A stretch of DNA of 64,000 nt from Acidobacteriota bacterium. Lineage in GTDB: Bacteria > Acidobacteriota > UBA6911 > RPQK01 > JAJDTT01. Below, one piece after another: positions 47,033 through 55,464 of the stretch. Under the pieces are notes generated by a model, which saw only the letters and a program-made list of their open reading frames with translations, was not told the DNA's origin and made no database searches. Made by a program: the position numbers and the translations under genes. The DNA is taken from the NCBI GenBank assembly GCA_965209055.1, contig OZ242374.1:3232001-3296000 (forward strand). Reading direction: 5' to 3'. Numbering within the stretch: the stretch's first letter is position 1; every line of letters begins with the position of its first letter.

Positions 47033-47767
47033 TCAATGACCCAGAATGCCGTAGTTTCCGTCCAGGATCAGGCGAACCGACACGTACAATCCCAATAACG
47101 GGAAGAGCACCCAGGGGGCGTTCGTGGCGCCGACGTAGGCGTACAGGCCGCCCCTGGTGACGTGGCGCTGCCTCCCGGCCACGAAGAAACTGACCCAGTA
47201 GACCGACGTCGCGTAGGTCCACTGCCAGAATATCATGACGCCAAGAATCCCGGCAACGACGGCCGGCAGAAAATCCACGGTATAGGCTGCGTAGAGGATC
47301 AGCGTCGGGGCGGGTGTAACGAATCCGTTGGCGATATCGGCATTGAAACCGAACGTGCGGCGATCCGAATGGGACCCATCGAACAGGGAATAGGTAGCCC
47401 AGACATCCGCCCACCGCGTCGGAGACCAGACTTGTCTCAATGGAATCTTGCCGGCAAGGAACTCGATGGCCGGCGTTCGGCCGGTTTCAAGTTGCCGTCT
47501 GCGCCAATACTCGGTGCGGGTCTCGATATAGTCCCGTTTGAGGAATAGACACGCCTCCCAATAGCAAATCAGGAGATTGATCGAGAAAAACAGTATCAGC
47601 AGGCAATGGATGACGTTGAGAGTTCCGGCGAAATAGTAACGCGCGCCAATGCCGGGAAGCGCCAGAAACGCGACCACCAGCGCCGCAAGCAGCCAGACCG
47701 GCAGGCTCAAACTATTCTTGCCCGCGCATTGGTCCGGAGGTATTTGATCGGGGTTGTGTTCACCCAT
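47033..47767 (-). CDS. Membrane protein, EXPERA/emopamil-binding-like
   Basis: Five to six TM segments, WADVWATYSLFDGS and NAPWVLFPLLG motifs reminiscent of EXPERA proteins. Confidence 0.6.
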   Translation of the reverse strand: MGEHNPDQIPPDQCAGKNSLSLPVWLLAALVVAFLALPGIGARYYFAGTLNVIHCLLILFFSINLLICYWEACLFLKRDYIETRTEYWRRRQLETGRTPAIEFLAGKIPLRQVWSPTRWADVWATYSLFDGSHSDRRTFGFNADIANGFVTPAPTLILYAAYTVDFLPAVVAGILGVMIFWQWTYATSVYWVSFFVAGRQRHVTRGGLYAYVGATNAPWVLFPLLGLYVSVRLILDGNYGILGH

Positions 47768-47909
47768 GGCCCGTTCTCCGCTCTTGAGGACGATCAAGCG
47801 CAGTTTGGCCCGAGCCGGGAGGAGATGGGCAGGATAGCACCGGTTCGAGGGGAGCGGCGGCTTCCAACCGCCGATTCTTGCGGGCGCGGGCGGCCGGAAA
47901 CCGCCCCAC

Positions 47910-49592
47910 TCAGGCCGTGCCGCCCTTCCGGCGAAACCGGAACAACACGGCCAGCAGCACGAACGCCGCTGCTGCCACCAGCCCCGGCACCCCGATCCGC
48001 GACCAGATGCTGTAGGCGCAGCCCAGCGTGGCAAACCCGGTGGCCAGGGCCATCATTACGTTCCACGCCACGCGTTTCCCCCCCCGGGGCAGGTTTTGGC
48101 CCAGCAGCTTCCGCTGGTTCATGAGCAGGAAAAAGGAGATGTAGGCAATGGGCAGCAGCACCATCCCGAAGACCGACGTGGGGACCGCCAGCCAGAACTG
48201 GGCGTCCTTCCAGACGAAGGGCCCCAGCACACCCACCACGGCGGCCAGGGAGCCCAGCCGGTAGGCGCGCCCCTTGGGCTCCAGTCCCAGCATCTCGCAG
48301 ACCACGAACCCCGAGATCAGCATCAGGATGGCGATGCTGGAGAGTGCCATCCCCACCACGCCGATTCCGAATACCACCCGGGCGAACAGGCTGCCGGTGA
48401 GCGGCTCCAGCGACTCCGCCAGATTGAAGGCGTCCCGCTTCACCAGCATGGCGGCCAATTCCTTGTCGGCCTGCGGCAACTGCTCCGCGGCCCGGCTCCG
48501 CTCTTCCGGAGAAAGCTCCGGATTCGTGGCTGCGATCCGCTCTCTCAACAATCCCTGGTAGCCGGCCACCAGCTTGGCGGGCGGCGCCGGCCCCTCCGCT
48601 TCCGCCACCAGGCCGGCCGCGGGACGCGTGTGGAACTGGGTGGCCGAGGCGATGACCACGCAACTGGTGGCCAGCAGGAAGGGAATGAGCATCCCGGTGG
48701 ACAGGTCGAAGATGGCCAGGCCCCGGAACTCCCGGTTCCAGCCGCGCGACAGCAGGGAATACCCCAGCAGGAAGGTCATGTTGATCCCCACCGCCGTGGC
48801 GCTGGCGCTGATCATGACGTCGCGCTGCATCCCCAGGATTTTGCCGCTCCAGAACTCCCGCGAAGTTTCGCCCACCGCCTCCAGGAAGGGGGTGTAGGTG
48901 GCGGCCGGGTGCATCAGGACGCTCAGGTCGGGGACGAATCCGGAGACGATGGCTCCCCAGTTCAGGGCTCCCGGCGAGAGGGTCATCTTCACGACGACGC
49001 CGAAGAAGCAGAGGACGATCAGAGCCACCACCACTTTCAGCGTGCCCTCGTACAGCTTCACCCCCCAGCCGCCCTTGCCGTAGAGCCAGGTGATGGAAAT
49101 GGTGACCGCCAGGATGGCGCCGCAGATGACGACCTTGCCGCCCAGGTCGCCGGTGAGGCCGTCGGCCCCCAGCAGGTCCGGCAGCAGGTTCTGCTGGACG
49201 GCGCTGGTGGCCAGGCTGTACTGGGGCAGGGACCAGACCATGTTGGCCATGAGGCTGGCGATGGCCCAGGCCCATCCCAGCAAGGGGCTCACGTGCCGGT
49301 TGATGGCCTGAAAGGGCCTCTCGCCGGTGGAGAGGGTGACGTAGCTGATGGCGCTCAGCATGACGATGCCCAGGATCATGGCCACCGGTTGGAGCCAGAG
49401 GAGGGCGAACCCGGAGAGGGTCCCCAGGTAGAGGCCGCTGGCCAGCGATCCGCCTCCCAGGGTGAGGGCGCTCTGGAGCCAGCCCGGCCCCGAGAGCCGG
49501 AAGTAGGTCTTCAGTAGTGGGCCGCGTCCCTGGGCGCGGGCCTCCCGCAGCATCCGGCGGTCGCCTTGGACATCCGATCTCGTCTCGGTCAT
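47910..49592 (-). CDS. Nramp-like divalent cation transporter
   Basis: SGPGWLQSALTLGGGS, LLWLQP, ATAVGINMTFL; many TM helices. Confidence 0.75.
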   Translation of the reverse strand: MTETRSDVQGDRRMLREARAQGRGPLLKTYFRLSGPGWLQSALTLGGGSLASGLYLGTLSGFALLWLQPVAMILGIVMLSAISYVTLSTGERPFQAINRHVSPLLGWAWAIASLMANMVWSLPQYSLATSAVQQNLLPDLLGADGLTGDLGGKVVICGAILAVTISITWLYGKGGWGVKLYEGTLKVVVALIVLCFFGVVVKMTLSPGALNWGAIVSGFVPDLSVLMHPAATYTPFLEAVGETSREFWSGKILGMQRDVMISASATAVGINMTFLLGYSLLSRGWNREFRGLAIFDLSTGMLIPFLLATSCVVIASATQFHTRPAAGLVAEAEGPAPPAKLVAGYQGLLRERIAATNPELSPEERSRAAEQLPQADKELAAMLVKRDAFNLAESLEPLTGSLFARVVFGIGVVGMALSSIAILMLISGFVVCEMLGLEPKGRAYRLGSLAAVVGVLGPFVWKDAQFWLAVPTSVFGMVLLPIAYISFFLLMNQRKLLGQNLPRGGKRVAWNVMMALATGFATLGCAYSIWSRIGVPGLVAAAAFVLLAVLFRFRRKGGTA

Positions 49593-49692
49593 GATTGCGT
49601 CCCGGTCGGTTGGGCCATCCCGCACGAAGTTGACGGGTCATTCTGGCCGGGACGACCCCCGATTGCAAATCCAGCGGCGGCAGGCGGTTCTG

Positions 49693-50625
49693 GTGGAATT
49701 TTTCTCAATTCTGGAAGACCGGGTCGACTTGGCCCGGGGGGCCTGGGCGGCGTCGCATCGCCTCGCAGTCCGCTGGCGCGGCCGGCGCATCCTGGCGCTG
49801 AGCCAGGGACCCTACCGGTCCTACCTCTACCCGGTGTTCACCCCGGCCGGCTTCGGCGTCACCTCCGAGAGTCCGGCGGATCACCCCCACCACAACTCCA
49901 TCTGGGTCGCTCTGGACCGGGTCCGGTGCCTCTTTCCCTATTCCTCCGATGAAACCGAGGAGGGGACCTACAACTTCTACGTGAACGGGACCTTTCAGGG
50001 CCGGGCGCCGGGACGGATCCTGACCACCGGGATCGAGACCGAAGAACTGGCTCCGGACCATTTGAGAATCGAGTTGAACCTCGAGTGGCGCGGTCCGGAG
50101 GAATGGGCCGCATCGGACGGACGGGTCCTCCTGAGCGAGACGCGGACGCTGGACGTTCGTCCCGGGCGGCGGGTGAACCTGATCGATGTCCGCTCCCGTC
50201 TTCAGGCCGGCCGGTGGGCGCTGGAACTGGGGCCGACCCGCCATGGACTCTTCGGAGTGCGCCTGATCGAGGCCCTGACCGTCACCCATGGGGGAACGCT
50301 TCTGGACTCGGCGGGCCGGGAGGGAGGCCGGGAGATCAGCCGCGGGAATGCCGTTTGGGTGGACGGTTCCGGGACCCTGGGACGGGGGGTCCGTGCCGGC
50401 GTATCCCTGTTCCCCCACTCCTGCACGGCGGGTCACCCCTGGTACGTAACCGATTGGGGAACCCTGACCATCAACCCCATGGCCCGCCGGACGTGGTCCC
50501 TGGAACCGGAAGAATGCGTTGAGTTCGGACTTCGGATCGCGGTCCACGACGGCGATGCACACGAGGCGCGGGTCGGAGAACTCTACCGGGCGTTTCAGGA
50601 AGAAATCGAAGGGGAAAGCCGATGA
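49693..50625 (+). CDS. DUF6807 / PmoA-like family protein (not a methane monooxygenase subunit)
   Basis: YLYPVFTPAGFGVTSESPADHPHHNSIW, GLFGVR, AVWVDGSG; start uncertain. Confidence 0.7.
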   Translation: MEFFSILEDRVDLARGAWAASHRLAVRWRGRRILALSQGPYRSYLYPVFTPAGFGVTSESPADHPHHNSIWVALDRVRCLFPYSSDETEEGTYNFYVNGTFQGRAPGRILTTGIETEELAPDHLRIELNLEWRGPEEWAASDGRVLLSETRTLDVRPGRRVNLIDVRSRLQAGRWALELGPTRHGLFGVRLIEALTVTHGGTLLDSAGREGGREISRGNAVWVDGSGTLGRGVRAGVSLFPHSCTAGHPWYVTDWGTLTINPMARRTWSLEPEECVEFGLRIAVHDGDAHEARVGELYRAFQEEIEGESR

Positions 50626-51413
50626 AGATCGTTCGTTATCAAGAAGGGGATCGGGCCCACTACGGCGTCCTGGAAGAGGGGGGGCTGATCCGGCGTCTGG
50701 AAGGGACGCCATACGAGAGCCCGGCTCCGGACGGGACGGCCACGCGGTTGGAGTCGGTGCGGATCCTCTCGCCCGTGCCCGCTCCCAGGATTTTCGGCCT
50801 GGGCCTGAACTATGCGGACCACGCTGCCGAGGGAGGGAAGGAGCACCCGCCTCAACCCATGCTCTTCATGAAGCCCTCTACGGCCGCCGTCGGGCCGGAC
50901 GATCCCATCATCTATCCGGCAGCCGAGGGGGACCTGGAAGTCCACTTCGAGGCGGAGTTGGTCGCGGTCATCGGACGGAAAGCACGTAGGGTCGGCGCCA
51001 GAGAAGCCCTGGATCATGTCCTGGGCTACACTTGCGGCAACGACGTGAGCGAGCGGGTCATTCAGAGAGCCGAGATGAAGGAGGGATGTCTTCTCATGGG
51101 CAAGGGATACGATACCTTCTGCCCGCTGGGGCCCGCCATCGTCACGGGACTCGACCCCACCGACCTGCTGCTCGTGGCCCGCGTCAACGGCCGGGAACGG
51201 CAACGCACCAACACCTCGGACCTCATCTATCCCGTCGCCGAGATCGTCTCCTACATGAGCCGGGCCATGACGCTGCTTCCGGGGGACGTGATCCTGACCG
51301 GGACGCCCTCGGGAGTCGGGCCCGTCTACCCCGGAGACCGGGTGGAGATCGAGGTCCCCCAAGTGGGCGTCCTGTCCAATCCGGTGGTGGCAGAAGGGAG
51401 CAACAGATCGTGA
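50622..51413 (+). CDS. Fumarylacetoacetate hydrolase family protein
   Basis: GLNYADH, LFMKP, HFEAELVAVIG, GYTCGNDVSER, KGYDTFCPLGP, GDVILTGTP. Confidence 0.93.
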   Translation: MKIVRYQEGDRAHYGVLEEGGLIRRLEGTPYESPAPDGTATRLESVRILSPVPAPRIFGLGLNYADHAAEGGKEHPPQPMLFMKPSTAAVGPDDPIIYPAAEGDLEVHFEAELVAVIGRKARRVGAREALDHVLGYTCGNDVSERVIQRAEMKEGCLLMGKGYDTFCPLGPAIVTGLDPTDLLLVARVNGRERQRTNTSDLIYPVAEIVSYMSRAMTLLPGDVILTGTPSGVGPVYPGDRVEIEVPQVGVLSNPVVAEGSNRS

Positions 51414-53020
51414 GGAACCGAAATGGTCTGCAGGGAATCGTATTCGTTCTGGCCGCGGCTGCGGCAGCGTGCGGCCCGGGGAGCGGAAACTTGATTCTGG
51501 AATCGGAGCAACAGTGGGCGGATGCGGTCCGGACCACGACCGGGACCGTAGCGGGGCCCGATGGTCTGACGCTGGAAGGCGGAGGCGAGGGCCACTGGAT
51601 CGGGGCCTGGCAGGAGGGACAGGGAGATACCGGCCCGGTTCAGGTGACGGTCCGGTCCCGGCTGGAACTGTTCCGGGACAAGACCATCGAAGTCGTGGTG
51701 GACGGCTCCGAGGAACCCTATACCGGCAGCGACGGAGTTCCTCACGACTGGTACGGCCGTTCCATGATCGCCATTCTGGATGAGAACCGTTGGGTCATGG
51801 CGCTGCGCTCGGGACTGAATCACATCGACTGGAGGGGCCAGGACGCCATCCACATTCTGACGTCCCCGGACGAGGGACGGACCTGGGGCGGGCTGGACCT
51901 CTGGTTCGACGGCACCCCCATCTCGGGGATGCCCTTCGACGACGGCTACACCCACAGCGAGCCGGGGCTCTACCGCATGCCCAGCGGCGACCTCATCCTC
52001 CAGTTCTGGCGGACCTCCTACAGCTCCGGGACCCGTCAGCTCCGCTCCCGCGACGGCGGCAAGACCTGGGTTCCGGACCACGACCGAATCAACGTCCAAG
52101 GGGTCACGGGGGCGCCCGGAGATCTGGTCCTCGGTACCGAAGACTGGTTCGTGGACCCGGAGAATCCCACCCATGTCTACATGGCGTTCCAGTATTTCCA
52201 CCACGAGGCGCAGGCGGGGACTCTGCTGGCCCGCTCCACCGACGACGGCCGGAGCTATGAGTTCCTGAGCTGGATCGGTCCACTGGCCAGCGAGAAGGAC
52301 CCGCACGGCGGCGCCACCTTCGAGCCGGCCATCGAGTACGTGGGCAATCGCACTATCGTCGCCGTGCTGCGGGACGGGGCCGGGAACCGGCACACCTGGC
52401 AGACGGTGAGCACCGACATGGGCGCCACCTTCGCCCCGCTGGAGGAGATCTCTCCCAAGGTGGACGGCGGGGTGGAAGGGGGCCTCTGGCAGCGGGCGCG
52501 GATCTACAAGGCGAGCAATCCGCGGTTCCAGCATGGGAACGTGCTGGACTTCGTCGCCGGAGAAGGGCGACTCTGGGGCATGGGGCTCCACAGCATCGGC
52601 GGGGGCTACACGCGCAAGCCGGTGGTCTACTGGTCCGACGACGACGGCTCCACCTGGCAGGGACCCGAGCTGCTGCACGGTCCCATGCGTCCGGGAACCG
52701 ACACCGGTTACGGCGACCTGAAGCGGCGGGTGGACGGGACCTTCGTGGCCGTGGCCTACTATGCGACCCGGGACTCCAAGGTGTCGGACCTGGAGCAGTA
52801 TACGTTCGGAGGACGCCGGGCGCTGTTCCGGCTGGAGGAGGACGCCGACGGTGACGGCGAAGCGGACGGGGGATCGAGCTGGCGGGAGATCCACGGCGGC
52901 GTCGAAAGCTACACTGTCCCGTTGACGGGAGCCCGCTGGAGATTGAACATACGTCTCTCGAACATTGGGGATGGTCCGGGCCCCGGAATCGAGTCCATCC
53001 GGATCGCGCCGTCGCAGTAG
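51410..53020 (+). CDS. BNR/Asp-box sialidase-like lipoprotein
   Basis: GTG overlaps the upstream TGA; lipobox-like AAAC; Asp boxes SPDEGRTW, SRDGGKTW, STDDGRSY, STDMGATF, SDDDGSTW; DTGY. Confidence 0.82.
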   Translation: MRNRNGLQGIVFVLAAAAAACGPGSGNLILESEQQWADAVRTTTGTVAGPDGLTLEGGGEGHWIGAWQEGQGDTGPVQVTVRSRLELFRDKTIEVVVDGSEEPYTGSDGVPHDWYGRSMIAILDENRWVMALRSGLNHIDWRGQDAIHILTSPDEGRTWGGLDLWFDGTPISGMPFDDGYTHSEPGLYRMPSGDLILQFWRTSYSSGTRQLRSRDGGKTWVPDHDRINVQGVTGAPGDLVLGTEDWFVDPENPTHVYMAFQYFHHEAQAGTLLARSTDDGRSYEFLSWIGPLASEKDPHGGATFEPAIEYVGNRTIVAVLRDGAGNRHTWQTVSTDMGATFAPLEEISPKVDGGVEGGLWQRARIYKASNPRFQHGNVLDFVAGEGRLWGMGLHSIGGGYTRKPVVYWSDDDGSTWQGPELLHGPMRPGTDTGYGDLKRRVDGTFVAVAYYATRDSKVSDLEQYTFGGRRALFRLEEDADGDGEADGGSSWREIHGGVESYTVPLTGARWRLNIRLSNIGDGPGPGIESIRIAPSQ

Positions 53021-53042
53021 CAGGATAAGGAAGGTTGACCTG

Positions 53043-54665
53043 ATGCAACTTCATTTCGCGGATCACGTGGTGCTGGTCGCCTATCTGGCGGCCATGATGT
53101 TTCTGGGCTGGCGGCTCGCCAGGGGGCAGAAGACCGAAGAAGAGTACTTCCTGGGCGGGCGGCGCCTCCCCTGGTTCGCCGTCGGAGTCAGCATCATCGC
53201 GTCGCTCCTCTCCAGCATCACCTATCTGGCGAGTCCCGGCATCGTCTGGCGATTCGGCTTCGGCGCCTTCGTGAGCAACCTGGTGGCCATTCCCATCGAC
53301 ATCGTCCTGATCCTGCTGCTGGCCATCCCCTTCTTCGTCCGCTTCAAGTTCACCACCGCCTACGAATACCTGGAGCACCGGTACGACCTCTCGGTGCGCC
53401 TGCTGGGCGCCACCATGTTCCTCATCTTCGTCACCGTGCTCATGGGGGTGATCGTGCTGGTCTCCTCACGTGCGCTGGCGGTGGCCACGGGGCTGCCCCT
53501 GGTGGTGGTCATCGGGGTGATCGGAGTCGTCGCCACCGTGTACACCATGATGGGAGGGATCCGGGCCGTGGTCTGGACCGACGTGATTCAGGCGGCTCTC
53601 CTGGTGGGAGGAGGGCTGTTCGCCATCGGCTACGTGGCCTATACCACCGGTTCGGGACCGCTGGACTGGTACCACGTGGTGAGCGCCCGGGACAACGAGA
53701 GCTTCACCTTCTTTTCCCCCGACCCCACCCAGGCCGGCACGGTGGTGACCATGACCCTCTCGGCGGTGATCTGGACGCTGACCGCCCATTGCGCCAACCA
53801 GATGACCCTGCAGCGCTACTTCAGCACCGTGGACGTCCGGGCCGCCAAGCGCAGCTTCGTCACCAGTATCGTGGTCAGCATCACGATTTCCTTCCTTCTG
53901 GCCGTCATCGGCGCCTCCCTGGTCTACTACTACACGCAGGGTCCGGCAGTCCTCCCCGAGCATTTCGACCTGGCCAGCGGCAAGGATCGGGACGCCATCT
54001 TCCCCTTCTTCGTGGCTTCCAGGATTCCGCCGGGACTGGCCGGGGCCATCTTCGCCGCCCTTCTGGCGGCGGCCATGTCCACCATCGACTCGGGGGTCAA
54101 TTCGTGGGCCACCGTGGCCACCGTGGACTTCGGCCGGCTCCGGAAGAAGCCGTCCACCGGAAACCGTGTCTTCCAGGCCCGGGTCATCACCCTGATCGTG
54201 GGGTTGGTGGTGACCGTATCGGCCATCTACCTGGACGGAGTCACGGGAATGGACGACATCCTCACCATACTGCCCAAGACCTTCAACTCCCTGGTGGGGT
54301 CGATGGGAGCGCTGTTCCTGGCGGGGATGCTATTCCCGCGGGTGAGCAGCCGCGCCGTCTGGCCGGCGGCGTTCATCGGCTTGGCGGTGGCTCTGGGAGT
54401 GGCCTATTCGCGCGACCTGCTGCAGCTCATGGACCCCTCCACACACCAGGCCATGGCCGGCGTTCTGGGTGCGGACTTCACCCAGCGGCTGGTGGAGAAG
54501 GGGATGGGATTCACCTGGATCATCCTCTTGTCGGCCATCGCCGCCCTGGGTTCCGCGTGGCTGCTGAGCTTCGTCTTTCCGAATCGGGACCTGGACCGGA
54601 TCAAGGGCCTGACCTGGGCCACGCGCCACGAGCCCTCGCCGTTTACGCGAAAGAAGCTGGTGTGA
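53043..54665 (+). CDS. Sodium:solute symporter (SSS family)
   Basis: EEYFLGGRRLPW, TAYEYLEHRY, GGIRAVVWTD, NQMTLQRYF, AAAMSTIDSGVNS. Confidence 0.93.
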   Translation: MQLHFADHVVLVAYLAAMMFLGWRLARGQKTEEEYFLGGRRLPWFAVGVSIIASLLSSITYLASPGIVWRFGFGAFVSNLVAIPIDIVLILLLAIPFFVRFKFTTAYEYLEHRYDLSVRLLGATMFLIFVTVLMGVIVLVSSRALAVATGLPLVVVIGVIGVVATVYTMMGGIRAVVWTDVIQAALLVGGGLFAIGYVAYTTGSGPLDWYHVVSARDNESFTFFSPDPTQAGTVVTMTLSAVIWTLTAHCANQMTLQRYFSTVDVRAAKRSFVTSIVVSITISFLLAVIGASLVYYYTQGPAVLPEHFDLASGKDRDAIFPFFVASRIPPGLAGAIFAALLAAAMSTIDSGVNSWATVATVDFGRLRKKPSTGNRVFQARVITLIVGLVVTVSAIYLDGVTGMDDILTILPKTFNSLVGSMGALFLAGMLFPRVSSRAVWPAAFIGLAVALGVAYSRDLLQLMDPSTHQAMAGVLGADFTQRLVEKGMGFTWIILLSAIAALGSAWLLSFVFPNRDLDRIKGLTWATRHEPSPFTRKKLV

Positions 54666-54681
54666 GGGATCCGAATACTAG

Positions 54682-54839
54682 GAGTCTGCGCCGTAGAAAT
54701 GATCGTAGCGAGAAAGTGGAGAATCGAGGACAGATTTTCACGATTTTGAGGTGCATAGTTGTTCTATTCGCCGAGAAATCGGGGAAATATGGACCGATTC
54801 GCCGCTTTCGCAGTAGATTGATTTCTGCGGCGCAGGCTC
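54682..54839. mobile_element. 158-bp MITE-like element flanked by CTAG
   Basis: Terminal inverted repeats GAGTCTGCGCCGTAGAAAT (54682-54700) and ATTTCTGCGGCGCAGGCTC (54821-54839), 17 of 19 matching; CTAG at 54678-54681 and 54840-54843; AT-rich non-coding interior. Confidence 0.8.
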
Positions 54840-55130
54840 CTAGTGAATGAAACTTTCGGGCCACTTCCTGGACGTGTGGAACACGCTCAGAATCTGGACC
54901 TCCTGGTTCTGGATCCGGTACGGCACGATGTACGGGATTCCGGGGATCACCAGTTCGTAGGTGCCGGCCACTCGGCCTATGCGGCCGATCTTGGGATGAT
55001 CTCCGAGGAAATCGGTCATCACACGTATCCGCTGTGCAACCTCGAAGGCTGCCCGACGATTGTCCTCGGCAATTTGGTCTTGGATATCTTCGAGAGCCTT
55101 CGCTGCGGGTTCAGTCCATCGAACACGCAC
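54840..55130 (-). CDS. RelE/ParE family toxin
   Basis: VRVRWTEPAAKALEDI...HPKIGRIGRVAGTYELVIPGIPYIVPYRI...ILSVFHTSRKWP. Confidence 0.92.
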   Translation of the reverse strand: MRVRWTEPAAKALEDIQDQIAEDNRRAAFEVAQRIRVMTDFLGDHPKIGRIGRVAGTYELVIPGIPYIVPYRIQNQEVQILSVFHTSRKWPESFIH

Positions 55131-55132
55131 GA

Positions 55133-55372
55133 TCAGGCATTCTCGTATTTGCCAAATACTCGTTCCATCTCGGCTCTCCCGACAAAACGCCCTTGATCGG
55201 CTGCCTCGATGCCCGCCCGGATACGCACTTCCTGCCACGCGTGCAGCTCGAGAAATTGGCTGATCGCTTCGTTCACCACGTAATTTCGTGACCGGTCCCG
55301 CTGCTTGGCAAGCTCGTCCAGTTTCCGGACGGTCCCGCTATCTGTACGAACGCTGAATGCCTCTGTAGCCAT
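55133..55372 (-). CDS. CopG/RHH antitoxin
   Basis: FSVRTDSGTVRKLDELAKQRDRSRNYVVNEAI...WQ...IRAGIEAADQG; upstream of the toxin. Confidence 0.9.
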   Translation of the reverse strand: MATEAFSVRTDSGTVRKLDELAKQRDRSRNYVVNEAISQFLELHAWQEVRIRAGIEAADQGRFVGRAEMERVFGKYENA

Positions 55373-55464
55373 GAGTCTGATTCCTTTCAGTTCAATGTGG
55401 TTCACTATGATTACATATTTTTCATCCCCACGGGATGATCGAAATCGGCGCGGCGTTTCCCGTT

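Noticed and set aside
49693-50625. Methane monooxygenase subunit
   Set aside because: Resemblance is only to the misleadingly named soluble PmoA-like/DUF6807 family; no TM helices and no pmoCB genes.
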